Assembly: GCA_905178155.1 (NCBI GenBank)
Contig: CAJINV010000001.1
Location: 11,102,163 to 11,166,162 of the forward strand
Reading direction: 5' to 3'
DNA: 64,000 nucleotides
From: Amoebophrya sp. A120
Lineage: Eukaryota > Protista > Dinoflagellata
The position numbers and the translations under genes were made by a program. Positions 44,701 through 56,700 of the stretch are shown here, one piece after another; the stretch's first letter is position 1; the number at the start of each line of letters is the position of its first letter. The notes below the pieces were generated by a model. It had not been told where the DNA came from. It did not search any database and worked only from the letters and a program-made list of their open reading frames with translations.

Positions 44701-47553
44701 TCGACGCCGCCGCCGCGCCGCCGAAGCCGGTTCTGGGGATCAGCAAGGACCCGCTGGCGTGCGTCTGCGCCATTACCGGCGACTTCGATCCGAAGCCGTT
44801 GCCGGGAGACATTACACCGTGGACGCCGACCGGGATGGGCTACTGCACGGACGCGAAAAGTAGCCGGCTCTCTATCGTGCCGTTTCCGCGGGCCTCGGAT
44901 AACATTCTGGCCTGTCAGTACCTTTGCCAGAACGACGAGACTTGTACCGGGATGGACTGGCGGGAGGGGTCGCGGGTCCAGACGGCCATGTGCGCGCTCG
45001 TTCTGGAGAAAACGGCGCAAGGCGCGGCCACGCAGGCAGACGGGAACGCGGCGTCGAGCGTCAGCTGCTACGTACGCCCCGGCCAGACGGTGGCTGCGCC
45101 TCTGATCCCAACTTCGGTGACAGCGACAACGACGGATGCTGGTGCAGCCGGCGCAGCGGCCGCGGCTTCCGCGGGCACTTCTGCGCTTCTGCAGTTGCAA
45201 GGTACTGCTTTTGGAGGGCAGACGCCAGCGGGGGGAACGTCTTCCTCTTACATGAAGATCGGACTCGGAAACCGCCCGTGCCAGAGCGAGCAAGCGGGCG
45301 CCGAAGTCACCTTCATTGACAAACCGGCGGCCAAGTCGCGGGACGATTGCTTCGCGGAGTGCGACAAGATGGGCGGCTCGTGTGTCGGCTTCGAGTGGTC
45401 CATTCCGACCGGCATCGCGGTGCCATCCTCTCTGGTTGCAACGCAGTGCCGGCTCGTATCTGCGCCAACCAGGCTCGCGACGCGCAGCGTGGAGGAGCCG
45501 GGCAGCGAATTCTTCAAGGAGTGCTTCATCAAGCCGAAAAACCCGATCGAGTCCTACAATGAGGTAGACATATGCATGGAGTTTATTCTGCAGCGGTTGC
45601 TTGTGTTTGTTGTACGTTCTTTTGATGTTGCGCGAGTTGGAATTGTTTATGCGTTGGACAACAAAATGAAAATGCATGATCGTGATTAAGATCATTGACG
45701 TATCGACCTTCATCCAGGTGGGGTCTGGTGCATGCAAATCCGGTAGCGCGCCTTCGGAAGGCGGCGCAGCGCTGCAAGCCAGCCCGATGGGCTCCGGTCT
45801 CAGTTACTCCAATTGCGCGTTCCTTTGCCAAGGCGAGGCCCAGAGCGGTGGCGGTTGTCAGGGATTTGCATACGATTTTGTGCAGTGGACGTGCACGTTG
45901 TATTCTGGTGCATCAGCATTGATCGCGGCGGGAGACGCAGGAATCAGCGACCTCTCCTACTCAAAACCCTTCTGCTACTCGAGCCTCGTAGTTGTGACGG
46001 CTAGTCCCGCAGCAGCAGCAGCAACCGCCGCGGCTCAGCAGTTGGCAACCACGCAAGCACCGACTGGCGCAGCAGTTGCCAGTGGCGCATTAGCGCCGAC
46101 AGGAGCAGCTGGCGCTGCCGCACCAGGTCAACCACCCGTTGCTGCTGTGCCACCGGCCGCTGTTGCGGGTGTTCCACCAGCCGCCGCGCCACCTACGCCC
46201 GCATCTCCAGCAGGAGCAGCAGCCTCTTCCGTCCCTCCTGCCACACCACCAGGCACGGTGCCACCAGCAGCCACGGCGCCAGCTTCTGCCATTAAGGCAC
46301 TACAGGACGCCGGAATCATCCCTCCAGGCCTAGACGCGCAGGGCATTGCAGATATTTTGGCAAAAGTTTCGAATGGCGCAATCGCGAGCGGAGCTGCACC
46401 ACCCGGTGGAGTTCCCGCACAGCCTGGCAATTCTTCGCAGAGCACAGTTGCGCCTCCGGGCGGCGTACCGGGTGGAGTTCTCCCGAGCCAGAACGCAACA
46501 ATAACAGGAACAGCCACGACGACAGGGCCAGCGCTGCAAGGTAGTTCCGGCGCATCGGCATCAACAAGCGCGCCACCTGGGGCTGCTGGTGGTGCGGCCA
46601 CTACCGTCGCACCAGGAGGAACGGCACCGCCAGGGTCATCATCAAACACCACAGCAGGTAGCAGCACGGGCGTGGCACCAGCTGCAAATGCCAGTGCAGC
46701 AGGAGCAGTAGTTCCGGCAACTTCTGCCGCTGCTGCCAATGCAACTTCCACGACCACAGGAGCAGGAGCAGCCGCTGGTGCGGGTAATACCTCAGCCACG
46801 ACCGCCGGAGGAAATGCAAATGTTACTGCCACGACGGCAGCGCCGCCGGCCGGCGGCGCTGTAAGCGGTACTAGTAACGCAACCGTTGATGCCAACAGCA
46901 CCAGCCCCAGCAGCAAGAGCGCCGCACTCCTCGTGCGAGAAAGTCGGGAAGAGGACGGGGAGTTCCTCTCCACACCGAGTGGGCAGCAGGCAGACCGAAT
47001 CTATGAGGAAGAAGGCAAGGACGAGCAAAATCTACCCGCAGACGAGGAGTTCGAGGGTCCCTCATCATCGAACCGGGCGTTTCTTTCCGACGTGGCGGAG
47101 GACGGGTCCGAATTGCCGCCGCCAGAAGAAGACCAGGAAAGGCCGCCCGCCCTGGGTGATTCGGTGATGCTGAGCGAACAGGGAGCGGAATCAGAGGACG
47201 TCCCAAGTGCTGATTTTCAAGACCATCAGTGGTTCGGCTCCGACGACGGCGTGGGCGACTCGTTGGGAGAGTTCCCCGACATACCCGCATCCGCGGCTTT
47301 CATTCAACAGCGAACTACCGCCAGATCCGCGGCGGAGGTGGAACAGCAGAGACCCCCGCGGGGACGTGGTTTTCGTGATGTTGATGACAATGAGTGGGCG
47401 TACGCGGACGCGGAGGCGCAACGAGAAAAGGATCAAGCGCTAGAGGCAGCAGATGCCCCGCCGACGCTCAGTAGCATCTTTGCCAAGTCGGAGCAGGTAA
47501 ATCTCCAGGAACGGGCGCAGCTTCTGCGAGACATGCCCAGTGACGAAGCATAG
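38716..47553 (+). CDS. Very large multi-exon surface/adhesin-like protein with three PAN/apple-like modules and Pro/Ala/Thr-rich stalks
   Basis: Exons about 38716-39275, 39546-39793, 40106-40238, 40472-40572, 40875-41478, 41618-41655, 42762-44228, 44451/44454-45563, 45718-47553. Motifs CQYLCQNDETCTGMDW..CAL, CFAECDKMGGSCVGFEW..CRL, CAFLC..CQGFAY..CTLY. Start codon uncertain. Confidence 0.65.
39794..40100 (+). mobile_element. Long-TIR non-canonical intron with GCTGC direct repeat
   Basis: 62-bp TIR with about 9 mismatches (TATGGA...GAAATCGTCAAAGTTGAAATAATTTG...); GCTGC at 39789-39793 and 40101-40105; removal of 312 nt joins PNNAA to PKSH. Confidence 0.88.
44229..44450 (+). mobile_element. TIR-bounded non-canonical intron, family A
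   Basis: ATACGTATTGCAAAAG versus TTTTTGCAATGCACAG; flanks GGA/GGG; joins ESDPPG to NDNNNL. Confidence 0.75.
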
Positions 47554-49180
47554 CGGGGGTGGCCGGAACTGCAAATATCTCTCAAGATGAACGCTGTGCA
47601 TCTGGTAATTGATCGAAAAGCGCATGTGCAAATCTAGTAGAATATAGAATTTAAGAATTGTATTTTGACATACAACTATACTTACAACAGCAGCTTTAGC
47701 TGCGGATTCAAGTACGCAAGTTTCAGTTTCAAGATTCGTTACATTATGATGCGAAAAGCTTCTACGTATGCTGTTGCTGTCGCTGCGTAAAAGTCTCGCA
47801 CGGTCATAAAGGCTAAGTTTTATGTTTCAGTTGCTCAACGCGGCGCACAAGAAGCGACGTAGTTGCAGTGTGGAATTTTGTTGAGAGTTATGTCGTTCCA
47901 AGAAAAGCGTCACATTGAATCTACAAGGTAAAGAAACAGAAGAAATACAGAAAGGAACTAACCAGTTTTGTAAGCGTAAACCTAAACGGGAAAACAGGAA
48001 AGCGAAAGTAGAAAGCAATCCCACTTTTGCTTGTTAACTTATGAAGAGTGAAAGATAACCTGGCTGCCACCAAGTGGTTTTTTTTTTCGTTTTTTCATCT
48101 CGTCTTTTTTTCATCTCCCAAATGCAACTGTATCAAGCAGGTAGAACATCATGGAAGGAAATTTTTTATCATTGCGTGTCGTCTGATTTGAAGAATGCCT
48201 CTTCCGCCCGTTAAGTGTTGTCATGTACAGACAAGTGGGGATCGGATTTACAAAATGCAGATGGCAACGAACCACATATACTACAAGAATGCACATGGAG
48301 CCAGCGCTTAGATAGATCTAGAACCTCAAAATAATCGCAATGTACTTTATGCCACTGTACATATAGAATTTTAGGGAACAACAACAAAAATAAATAGGAA
48401 AAGAACAAAAGTGCAAGAGTGAAAAGCACCCACTTATGCTGCACCAGTCAAGCCCATAATTGATGATAATGTTGTGTCTTCATCGCTCGTAGTCTTTCCT
48501 GCTCTGTGCAGTACAGTACCGTGCGCGGTGACGTTTGCTCCATCAGGGTGCAAGAACTGAAAATGGGATGGAGATTCTTTGTCGAAATCGCTCTTTGGCA
48601 GTAGACTCGAAATCGTACATGTCGTTTTTGGCGCATTCGTTTTCGTCGGATAAAACTGAGAGTTATGGAAAGTTTTTCTGAGAAGTGTTGTCGTCATCTC
48701 CTTCCTTTCGTTTGTTTCGTCGGCCGGTTTTGTTGAAGATTCACTGCTAGTGCTAATAGTTCTAATTCCACCGTTCTCGTTGCCGTGCTACCACGACCCG
48801 AATCCCAGTTTGAGTTTTCGCTGGCGGTAGTGCACACATCGCGTGCTCACGATGCACATCGATGATCGTGCCACTTCGGAGACTTCGACTTCCATTTCCA
48901 GATATCCCCTGTTTTACTTCTTAGACTAGACGGACTTTGCCGAGCTCCAACTCGTCTCAGCAGCTGGCAAATAATTAGGTGGCTTTTTATTGCTACTGTC
49001 ACTTTTAAAGCAGCACATCCACAGTCACAAAAGAACGAGAATCTAAATATCTCAAGCAAACCAATGGTTTTTGCGCATTTGCATAGCGGAACCGCATCTG
49101 GTTTTCTCGATGCCTTGTGGTCTTCACCAGAACAAGTTTCGTCCACAACCTCCTCCCGTTCCTTTTCTACTTTCGCGACC

Positions 49181-49720
49181 ATGCCCCCAAGACGAGTGAG
49201 GGTGAGTATCAGGACAAGAGAAACGAGCTTTTACGACGTTCCCGGTCCCGAGCAGGACATGGACTGGCGGCCCCCGATATTCGACCCACAGTTGAAATAC
49301 TTCATTGACCTCGCACGGAACAACTTTGAAAAGGTCACGATGGCACGGAAGTCAGCGCAGATGGCCGCCCACATTGCGAACCTGGCGAGCACCGCCGCGA
49401 TCGTCAAAAGCCACCAGCTCGTGTACGACATCAAGCATCAGAGTATCCGGCCAGAGAAGGAAACCCTTGACAGCGTGGCCCTGGACGAACTCGACGCCAC
49501 CCGGCGGTGCGCAGACACGGGGTACTGTAGTCCCACGCCCGCGCAAGCGAAGATGTGGGACAAGTTTCTCGACGCCCGGGGATCCCATGCGGAGGAACCC
49601 GAGATCAACGCGGACACGATATCGGTACCAGGTGGTGCAGAAGATGCGGAAGCGGGAGGAGGTGCGGATGAGGCATCTGCACCAGAGCCCGTAGGGGAGG
49701 AGCAGGTGGTGCAAGTTTGA
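49181..49720 (+). CDS. Hypothetical protein
   Basis: Coding-like, GC3-rich ORF; 5' end uncertain (open from 49064). Confidence 0.55.
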   Translation: MPPRRVRVSIRTRETSFYDVPGPEQDMDWRPPIFDPQLKYFIDLARNNFEKVTMARKSAQMAAHIANLASTAAIVKSHQLVYDIKHQSIRPEKETLDSVALDELDATRRCADTGYCSPTPAQAKMWDKFLDARGSHAEEPEINADTISVPGGAEDAEAGGGADEASAPEPVGEEQVVQV

Positions 49721-50456
49721 GAGCTGGTCGGCTCGCGTTGCAGTGCGATTGAGCGTCAAAATCAAGTTGCGAAGATGTAAAGCTCAAGGTGAAGAAGAAG
49801 ATCACAAGAGGAAGAGCTGTTAGTGTTACCTATGCGTGTTGCTCCACATGATTGAGTCTACACTGAAACGGTTTTTTCCAGCAGTGAACAAGGAGCAATT
49901 TAGACGGCCTATTTAGGCAGTGTTGGTACACTTTTCTTCTCCTGTTGCGCATTGATTTGCTCCCCGTCTCCGCGATGGTTCACCTGCGAGAGTGGGAGTG
50001 CGCTGTTTGTGCTCGTTCTTGTTTCTTACTGTGATCAGACTATTTTTTCAATTTCATGTTCAAGTTAGGAAAGAACAATCACGATCTGTCACTGTCTCGT
50101 TTCTATTGATCCAACTTCCAGAAGCGAGAGCGACAACCTTTCGACCTGTTTTTTACAGTGTGTTTGTCACTCAAACTCCATGCCAATTGCTTCGTTCAGA
50201 TGTTCGCGTTATGTTGGGGACGATCTATGATCATTTACTTGATTCGGATGAGCACGACTCTGATCAAACAGCATGAAGTTCCATGAGGACAAAAACAGAT
50301 CAAACTACATCAACAGTATAGTGAATATGATTTCGATATAAAAGTTTCGATCTGTACAGCTCTATCTGCTACCAATAAATATTCCATTACCATTCGCATA
50401 CCACGTTTGACCTGATTCATTTAGGGAATAATTGCAAGAACGGGGCATCGCTCAGC

Positions 50457-52738
50457 ATGCCCGGCATGGCTGCGACAGAATCTATGCAGCGAGTTACCGA
50501 CTGTCCTCGGCGATTAGTCTATCTGCTTGACCAGCTTTCGAAAACGGCAGCAAAGACGGGCTGTCTGCCGCAGCCACCACGGCGGACCCACACTTTCGAT
50601 CAATCTATAGATCCTGGTGTACAAGGTGTTGACCATGCAGGAGCAAGCGTTTTCGGAAATGGGGTCCCCGATGGCATGCGTGCAGAAGTCTGGCACCACG
50701 ATAGTTCGGACGCAGCATCGGGCTCGACGAGTTGGGCCATGGCCGCAACGACTAGCGACCGGCATTCGAAGAAAGATGCCAGACAAGAATTTCTCGGAGT
50801 CTGGAATGTTTACGCAACCACAGCGCGGGTACGATATGGAAGCAGATGGCGGTGCTCCCTGCTGACGTGTCATAGGCGACCAGTGCTGTGCTTCTAGAGA
50901 GCGTGCTGACATCAATTTTGCATTGTAACAACGTACACGTTACTGTGTTGCTGCACCTTTTCAAAACCGATACTACACTAGATCAAGATAGAACACAGCT
51001 GCTCAACATGTACAACCAAGTGCAAGTGTGTATCGGTCGCCTGTGATCATGGTGACTTTTTTCGCGTGTACAGGACGACCTGGTTCCCAGCATGACTATC
51101 TCGGAGCTCGCAACGGTCGTGCGTTGCTGTTGTCGCGTCCGTTTCACGAAGCACTCACTGCTGAAGCGGATCTCGGATCGGCTCTACGTCCTGCTTGAGA
51201 AAGCGTTTTTGCAGCAAACACTGGCAGAGACGACTACAAGAACAGCACGGACCACACGGTCCACTGGAAGCTTAACAACCACGAGTCCAAGTTCGGGCCC
51301 TAGCAACGATGGTGCCTACCACGACAGCAAGAAGATCCTAGACGCGAGAGAACTTTGTCAATTTTTGCACGACCTCGCGAAACTCGAGTATCTGAAACCG
51401 GACCTCTTTCTGCGGTGGCGTAATTTGGTCACCGCACACGCGAGGGGCTTGGGAGCCTGGCGGTCCTTCGACCTGCCTCTGCTGGTGACCACCCTGGCGC
51501 GCATCGGACTGCGGGACACGTATTTACTCGCTGCCGTCAGTCGCGAGTTGGCGTCTCGACTCCAGAATGATCTTCAGGACGAGCCTTCGCAGAAGCTATC
51601 CGCAAGACGGGCGGACGCGAGCGCGGGAGTGGCTGCGTTCCTCTACGGAACCGCAGTGTTGAATTACGTGGATCCGCACGTGCTCGATGTCCTCGACTAC
51701 AGTAGAAGCTTGCTATACGAGTTTTCCGTGCGGGAGCGAACTAATGTCGCATTTGCGCTTTTACTCTACCGCGTCGTCGCCATGGATCCTGTGCGAGGTG
51801 CTGTGAACAGTGGAAGTTTGATAGCTGTTGACGACAGCCCCCGCCCGAGGACAGCACACAGCTACCCTGATCACGACCACCCGACGGCCACCGAACGACC
51901 TGGGGCTGCTGCACGTCAAATAGACAAGTTTTTTTCTGCTCTCATCCTTGACAACCGGGTGCTCGCGGAAACTGACACCCGAGCCCGACATCAGCTTCGG
52001 ATTCTTGCAGCGAGCGTAGAATGTGGGTTGATTTCGACGGCCACGCAGGATGACACAACTTCTGTGCGTTCCGGCGAAGGACGACCTACTGGTTTCGACG
52101 AGCTCTTGGACGCCCACGGGCTTCGTGGTAAGGGGAGACATGGGTCGTGTGTGGAGTTGACAACGAACACGCACACATCTGTGTTCCAAAAATCAGCGCG
52201 GCGCGTCTTTGAGGAGCTTGGTGTCGTCTACAAGGAGGAAGTTCGCGTGGGTCCTTACCAAGTGGACTATCTGCTGAAGCATCGGGTCGCGGTAGAATTC
52301 GACGGCTATTCGCATTTCTACTTGAACTTGCACAGCGCCGAAGAGCAGCGTGAAGTTCTGCATCGTCAAGATGATGATCGGGTGGCTACGGCGACACCGG
52401 AGCAGGCACCGAGATCAGCAGACAACATCCCCCGAGGAATGGAAAAGGCAGTGGCCGACAAGAGTTGCATGCAGCACCTGCGAAAAGCAAAGACGCTGCT
52501 GAAGCACGCGCTACTGGAAGCGATGGGTATTCGGGTCGTCAGCGTCCCGTATGCGGATTGGCTTTCGGGTCGGCAGTTTGAGAAAAGAAAGGAGTTTTTC
52601 GTCAATTCGCTTTTTCAGCAAACCGGTTCGACACAGTTGTCTGAGTTTCAACAGCAGTTCGGGATCCGTAGGAATCAAAGCGGTCAACATGAAAATCCTC
52701 GTGACCAAAACACGAGGACGTGCGGTGTCGTTTGTTAG
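50457..52738 (+). CDS. RAP-domain protein with helical (OPR/HPR-like) repeats
   Basis: Exons 50457-50828 and 51074-52738 (GT-AG intron); C-terminal GPYQVDYLL..VAVEFDGYSHF...LKHALLEAMGIRVVSVPYADW is the RAP signature. Confidence 0.85.
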
Positions 52739-53779
52739 ATTTGCAGAGATGGCTCGGGCGGAACAAAATATTCCGAAGCAGAAGAAATTACTCTTCTGGA
52801 AGATGCTTTTATACCGCACTATCGGATGTCAAGTCGACACAATAGAAGAGCCGACTACAAGCTACACAGTTTTGCCAGATCCAGGTCCTTGCATTTATTT
52901 GTTTGAGTTGTGTGCTTTTCTGCCTCCTGATCCCTCCTTTGTTCGTGAACACACCGAGGGCGGAGCAAGATGCTGTTCTATTTGTTTCGCTTTCCGTTTC
53001 CGTAATTTTCATGTTGTGAGCGGCTCCGGCCCCCCCAAAATCAAAAAGTGCCTGCGTTGCGCTTTGTCGTCGATGTTTGTGTTGTATCTATCAGTATGAT
53101 CTCTTTGCGTTCATAACTGAGGAGACATCTAGAAGCAAGGAACAAACTTACGCACCCTTCTTTTGTTTCTTGAGCATTGATAGGCCTGGCTTGACTACGA
53201 GTGAAACGCAGAGTTGTATACCAAAATGACGAATGAGGAAGAAACCTCAATGCAAGAGGAACAGGGAGACTGAAACTTTTGGTTTTGTCGAATGCGATCA
53301 ACTTGATCTTTGCACCTACAAAGCTCCGAGTAGATCTCCGCCGTAACTAGTCGGTGGCGCAGTTACAGCTTACTCCTTCTTGTTATCGAAATTTCAAAGT
53401 AGGAGTAGGAGCTGATTAGGCACTGTATTACAAGTGGCACTGGAGTAGCTTTTTGCAGCTGGCGCTGCTCCTGCTTCTTCTAGTACTTCTTACTTACAAA
53501 TAAGAGCGCTCGGATAACTTTTGTCACAAAAATAACGAAACACTATCACCAGCACCAGGTGCAGTTTCTTGCTCTTGCAACACTTTTTGTTTATGAGAAA
53601 GGTCGATAAGTACACCCTTTTACCCTCAGTATTTTCTGAGATGGAAAACGTAGGAATTACAATCTGTTGCTTTTACTCAGGAAAAATTGCAGCCTAATGC
53701 TGGTCTGAAAGCCATATGCTACAGAGATTGACTCTGCGCATGGTCGTGCAACAGCTTCAGTAGCATCTGTCGAGCAATC

Positions 53780-56700
53780 ATGCCTCCTGTAACGCTTGTT
53801 ACCCGCGAGGACGCGGAGCGAGAGGAGCTTGAACATGAACTCCGAAGCCGGACGTCACGGACTGGGACTGCCTGCAACGTCCGTATCGTTGCAGCACATG
53901 GTTTGGACGACGTAGCAAGAGCAACTAGGAAGAGTAGAAAAGATGAAAACCGGCCAGTCACAAGCGCGTTGCCAGAACCAGAAGGTTGCGTTCCAAAGTA
54001 CGAATTTCCTGACATGAGCCCATCTGTGGGCGAGGAACGTGAGCAGGGTCTGCAGGAACTGGCGATGGAATTGCGGCAGCAACAGCAGGGCAAAACTGGG
54101 TACACACTTTTGAATCTGGAGAAGGGATCCGCGCGGTCGGCCTGTTGGGGCGACGAGGCCGCTATGGACGAACTAGTGCAGAATTTTGACGATCAAATAC
54201 GGCTTCGCGTGCCGGAGGCCATCCGAAATGTCGTGGCTTTTGAGAAACAGAGTTTTTCAGCGAAGGGCAGTCACGGCGGTCGCGTCTACCTGTTGGACAA
54301 CAAGAAAGGACGAGCACCATCATCGAAAGCAGGCTCGTCGGCACCAAAGAAGTCGTTTCTTGGTTGCGTCATGGTCTGTGATCCCTACATTTACCTCTGC
54401 AACTACAAGACCATTTTCCGCCCGCGAAATCTGATCATAGGCTACACGGGGACGGAGAAGAAGGGGGAAAACGCGAAAACCGCGAAGGGCTGCTTTGGAG
54501 ACGGTTTGAATTCGGCCCTGTCAAAGCTTCTGGAGATGCAGCGCGACGTGGTGATTATCACCTGTGGGTTCGTCTATACCTTCGGTTACGGCACGGCCGA
54601 TTCTGCGAAGGACGTTCAACAGTTGCGCTACAGCTTGTCCGACTATGCGGCCTACATGCGCGACAAGAAAGCCGAGCGCTCACGTCCGAAAGGCTTTAGC
54701 CGGGCGGCACAGCACGTCGAATCCGCAATCCCGCCAGAGTTGCACTTCGACAGCGCACAGGACACGTTGGTGCGCATTTACATCCCGCAGTTCGCGCTCA
54801 ATTACTCCCGGTATCTGTTTTTCCTCCTCCCAAAGGATTTGGCACCGGTGCGCACGCACCGAGATCCGGAGGGAAGAAGGCAGGGGAAGGAGTTGGCGGC
54901 CTCTGCACGAAAAGCAAAAAGCTTCGGGACGACGTTACAAAACTCCTGTGCCAAGGCGGACGTTGTTGGCCGCTGTGAGGTTTTGACCGGAGAAGGTGCT
55001 TGCGGCGGCATCTATGTGAAGGAGATGCGTGTGGTTGAGCCGCCAAGGCGAAGGACGAGCACCAAGGCAAAGTCCTGTACTTACGGCGACAACTTCCTCG
55101 GGCCCTTAAGCGCTTCTTTTGGCGGAAATGACGCAACGAGCAATCCACTGCTCTTCGGCTACAACCTGCTTGACTTCAAAATGGAACATCGTGACCGTCT
55201 TAACAGTTTGCGGGACGAGGTTCGGCGTGGCGCTGTGGCGCGTGCGTGGGCGAGCTTCTTGCAAAGCGACTGGATTTCGCGCGATGAGCGGGAGTCACTG
55301 GCCATAATGTTCCTGGAGAGGTTGCTCGCGTTTTTTCAGATATCGAAACCGAAGGACGAACCTCCATCAGTAGAAGCCAGTAGCTCTGCTGTGCCTCCGA
55401 ATCATACTACGATCAAAGGTAGTGCGGCGATTCCGTTTGAGCTTCGCGTGTTGTGTGAGGACAGAACTGACGAGACCGCGGTTATTGTGCAGTACCTGCA
55501 GGAAGCATTTCACAAAAAGTTCAAAAACGCCCTTCCGTTCTGCGTAAAAAATGGTAGTCCTAGCGCAGCAGCAGGAGTGGCGGATTCTGAAAACAGGGAG
55601 CGCCAGATCATCGTCGACCTCGGTAAAATACCGATCCCTGTCCCGGATCAGCTGCATCAGGTTTTGTCGGAAGGCCGGGAATCAGCCGAGCGCGAGTACG
55701 AGCGCGCCTGCTTGCAAGAGCTTCAGGATCACGCGCCCGTTTTGGAGGGCTGCGAAGCACCGGAGATGCTTGGTTGCAGCGAAAACGCATTTGGCGCGGT
55801 GCGCAGCGCCTTGGAGCAAGGTTTGCAAGCTGTTTTGCCGCCTGACGTGCTCGAGAGGAACCAGGTGCACTTGGATATCGTTTTCGGGCAAGCGACGACG
55901 GCGCAGTGCGTGGCACTGGTCAGTGGTCCGGAGCGTTCAGAGTTTCAATTTAGCGGCTTCGGTTGGGAAGAGCTCGACGCGCGCGCTTTCCGAGTGGACG
56001 AAACGACTCTGGTGAACGGACGGCCAATTTTTCGGGCAGAGCGGAACTTGAGGGAGACACACCAGCGGATCGAGCTCTTTCTGTACTACACAAGGCGGAG
56101 CACCAACTTGTCGTGCGGTCCTGACGAACAACAAAATTTCTCCAGCAACGGGAGTGGTGTCGGCTCTTACGCGATACAGAAATTTTCGCCGGAGAATCTG
56201 CAGGAAGTGCGCAGCTTGACGGGTATCGCGTTTTACCCCCTTGCAGAGCTCATAGGGGAAGCGGATTTTTGGATCTATGAACGCAGTTCGTGGCGAGTGC
56301 ACTTCCAGAACATTGGAAAGCATTTTTCCCCTGCCCGACCCGTCGAGGCTTTCTCATTTGTGGAGAAGAAAGTGGAAGTTGTCGCAACTGGACCAACATC
56401 TGCTACTCCTGCTGCAAAAAAGAACTCGGCCCGCGAGCGAATCGACATATTCGCCAATTGGACGGCTTACAAATCTCGGTTTCTATTGCGCGAGAAGGAA
56501 AAAACCGCTGGAGTAGCCGGGAGAAGAGCAGAAGACGACACTGATGAAAGCAGTTCCAGTTCAGACGCGGAGCAAGGCGGCCGCTTTGGGGAAATGCACT
56601 GCTTTGTCAGCGAAAGCCTGAAAGCCGTGCGCAAGGGCTTTCAGAAACTGCGGATACCGCAGCCGCAATTTGCCGACGGCGGAGGTGACGACTGCGTTAC

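Noticed and set aside
43424-46973. Long minus-strand ORFs
   Set aside because: Antisense shadows of GC-rich plus-strand exons; no domain signal.
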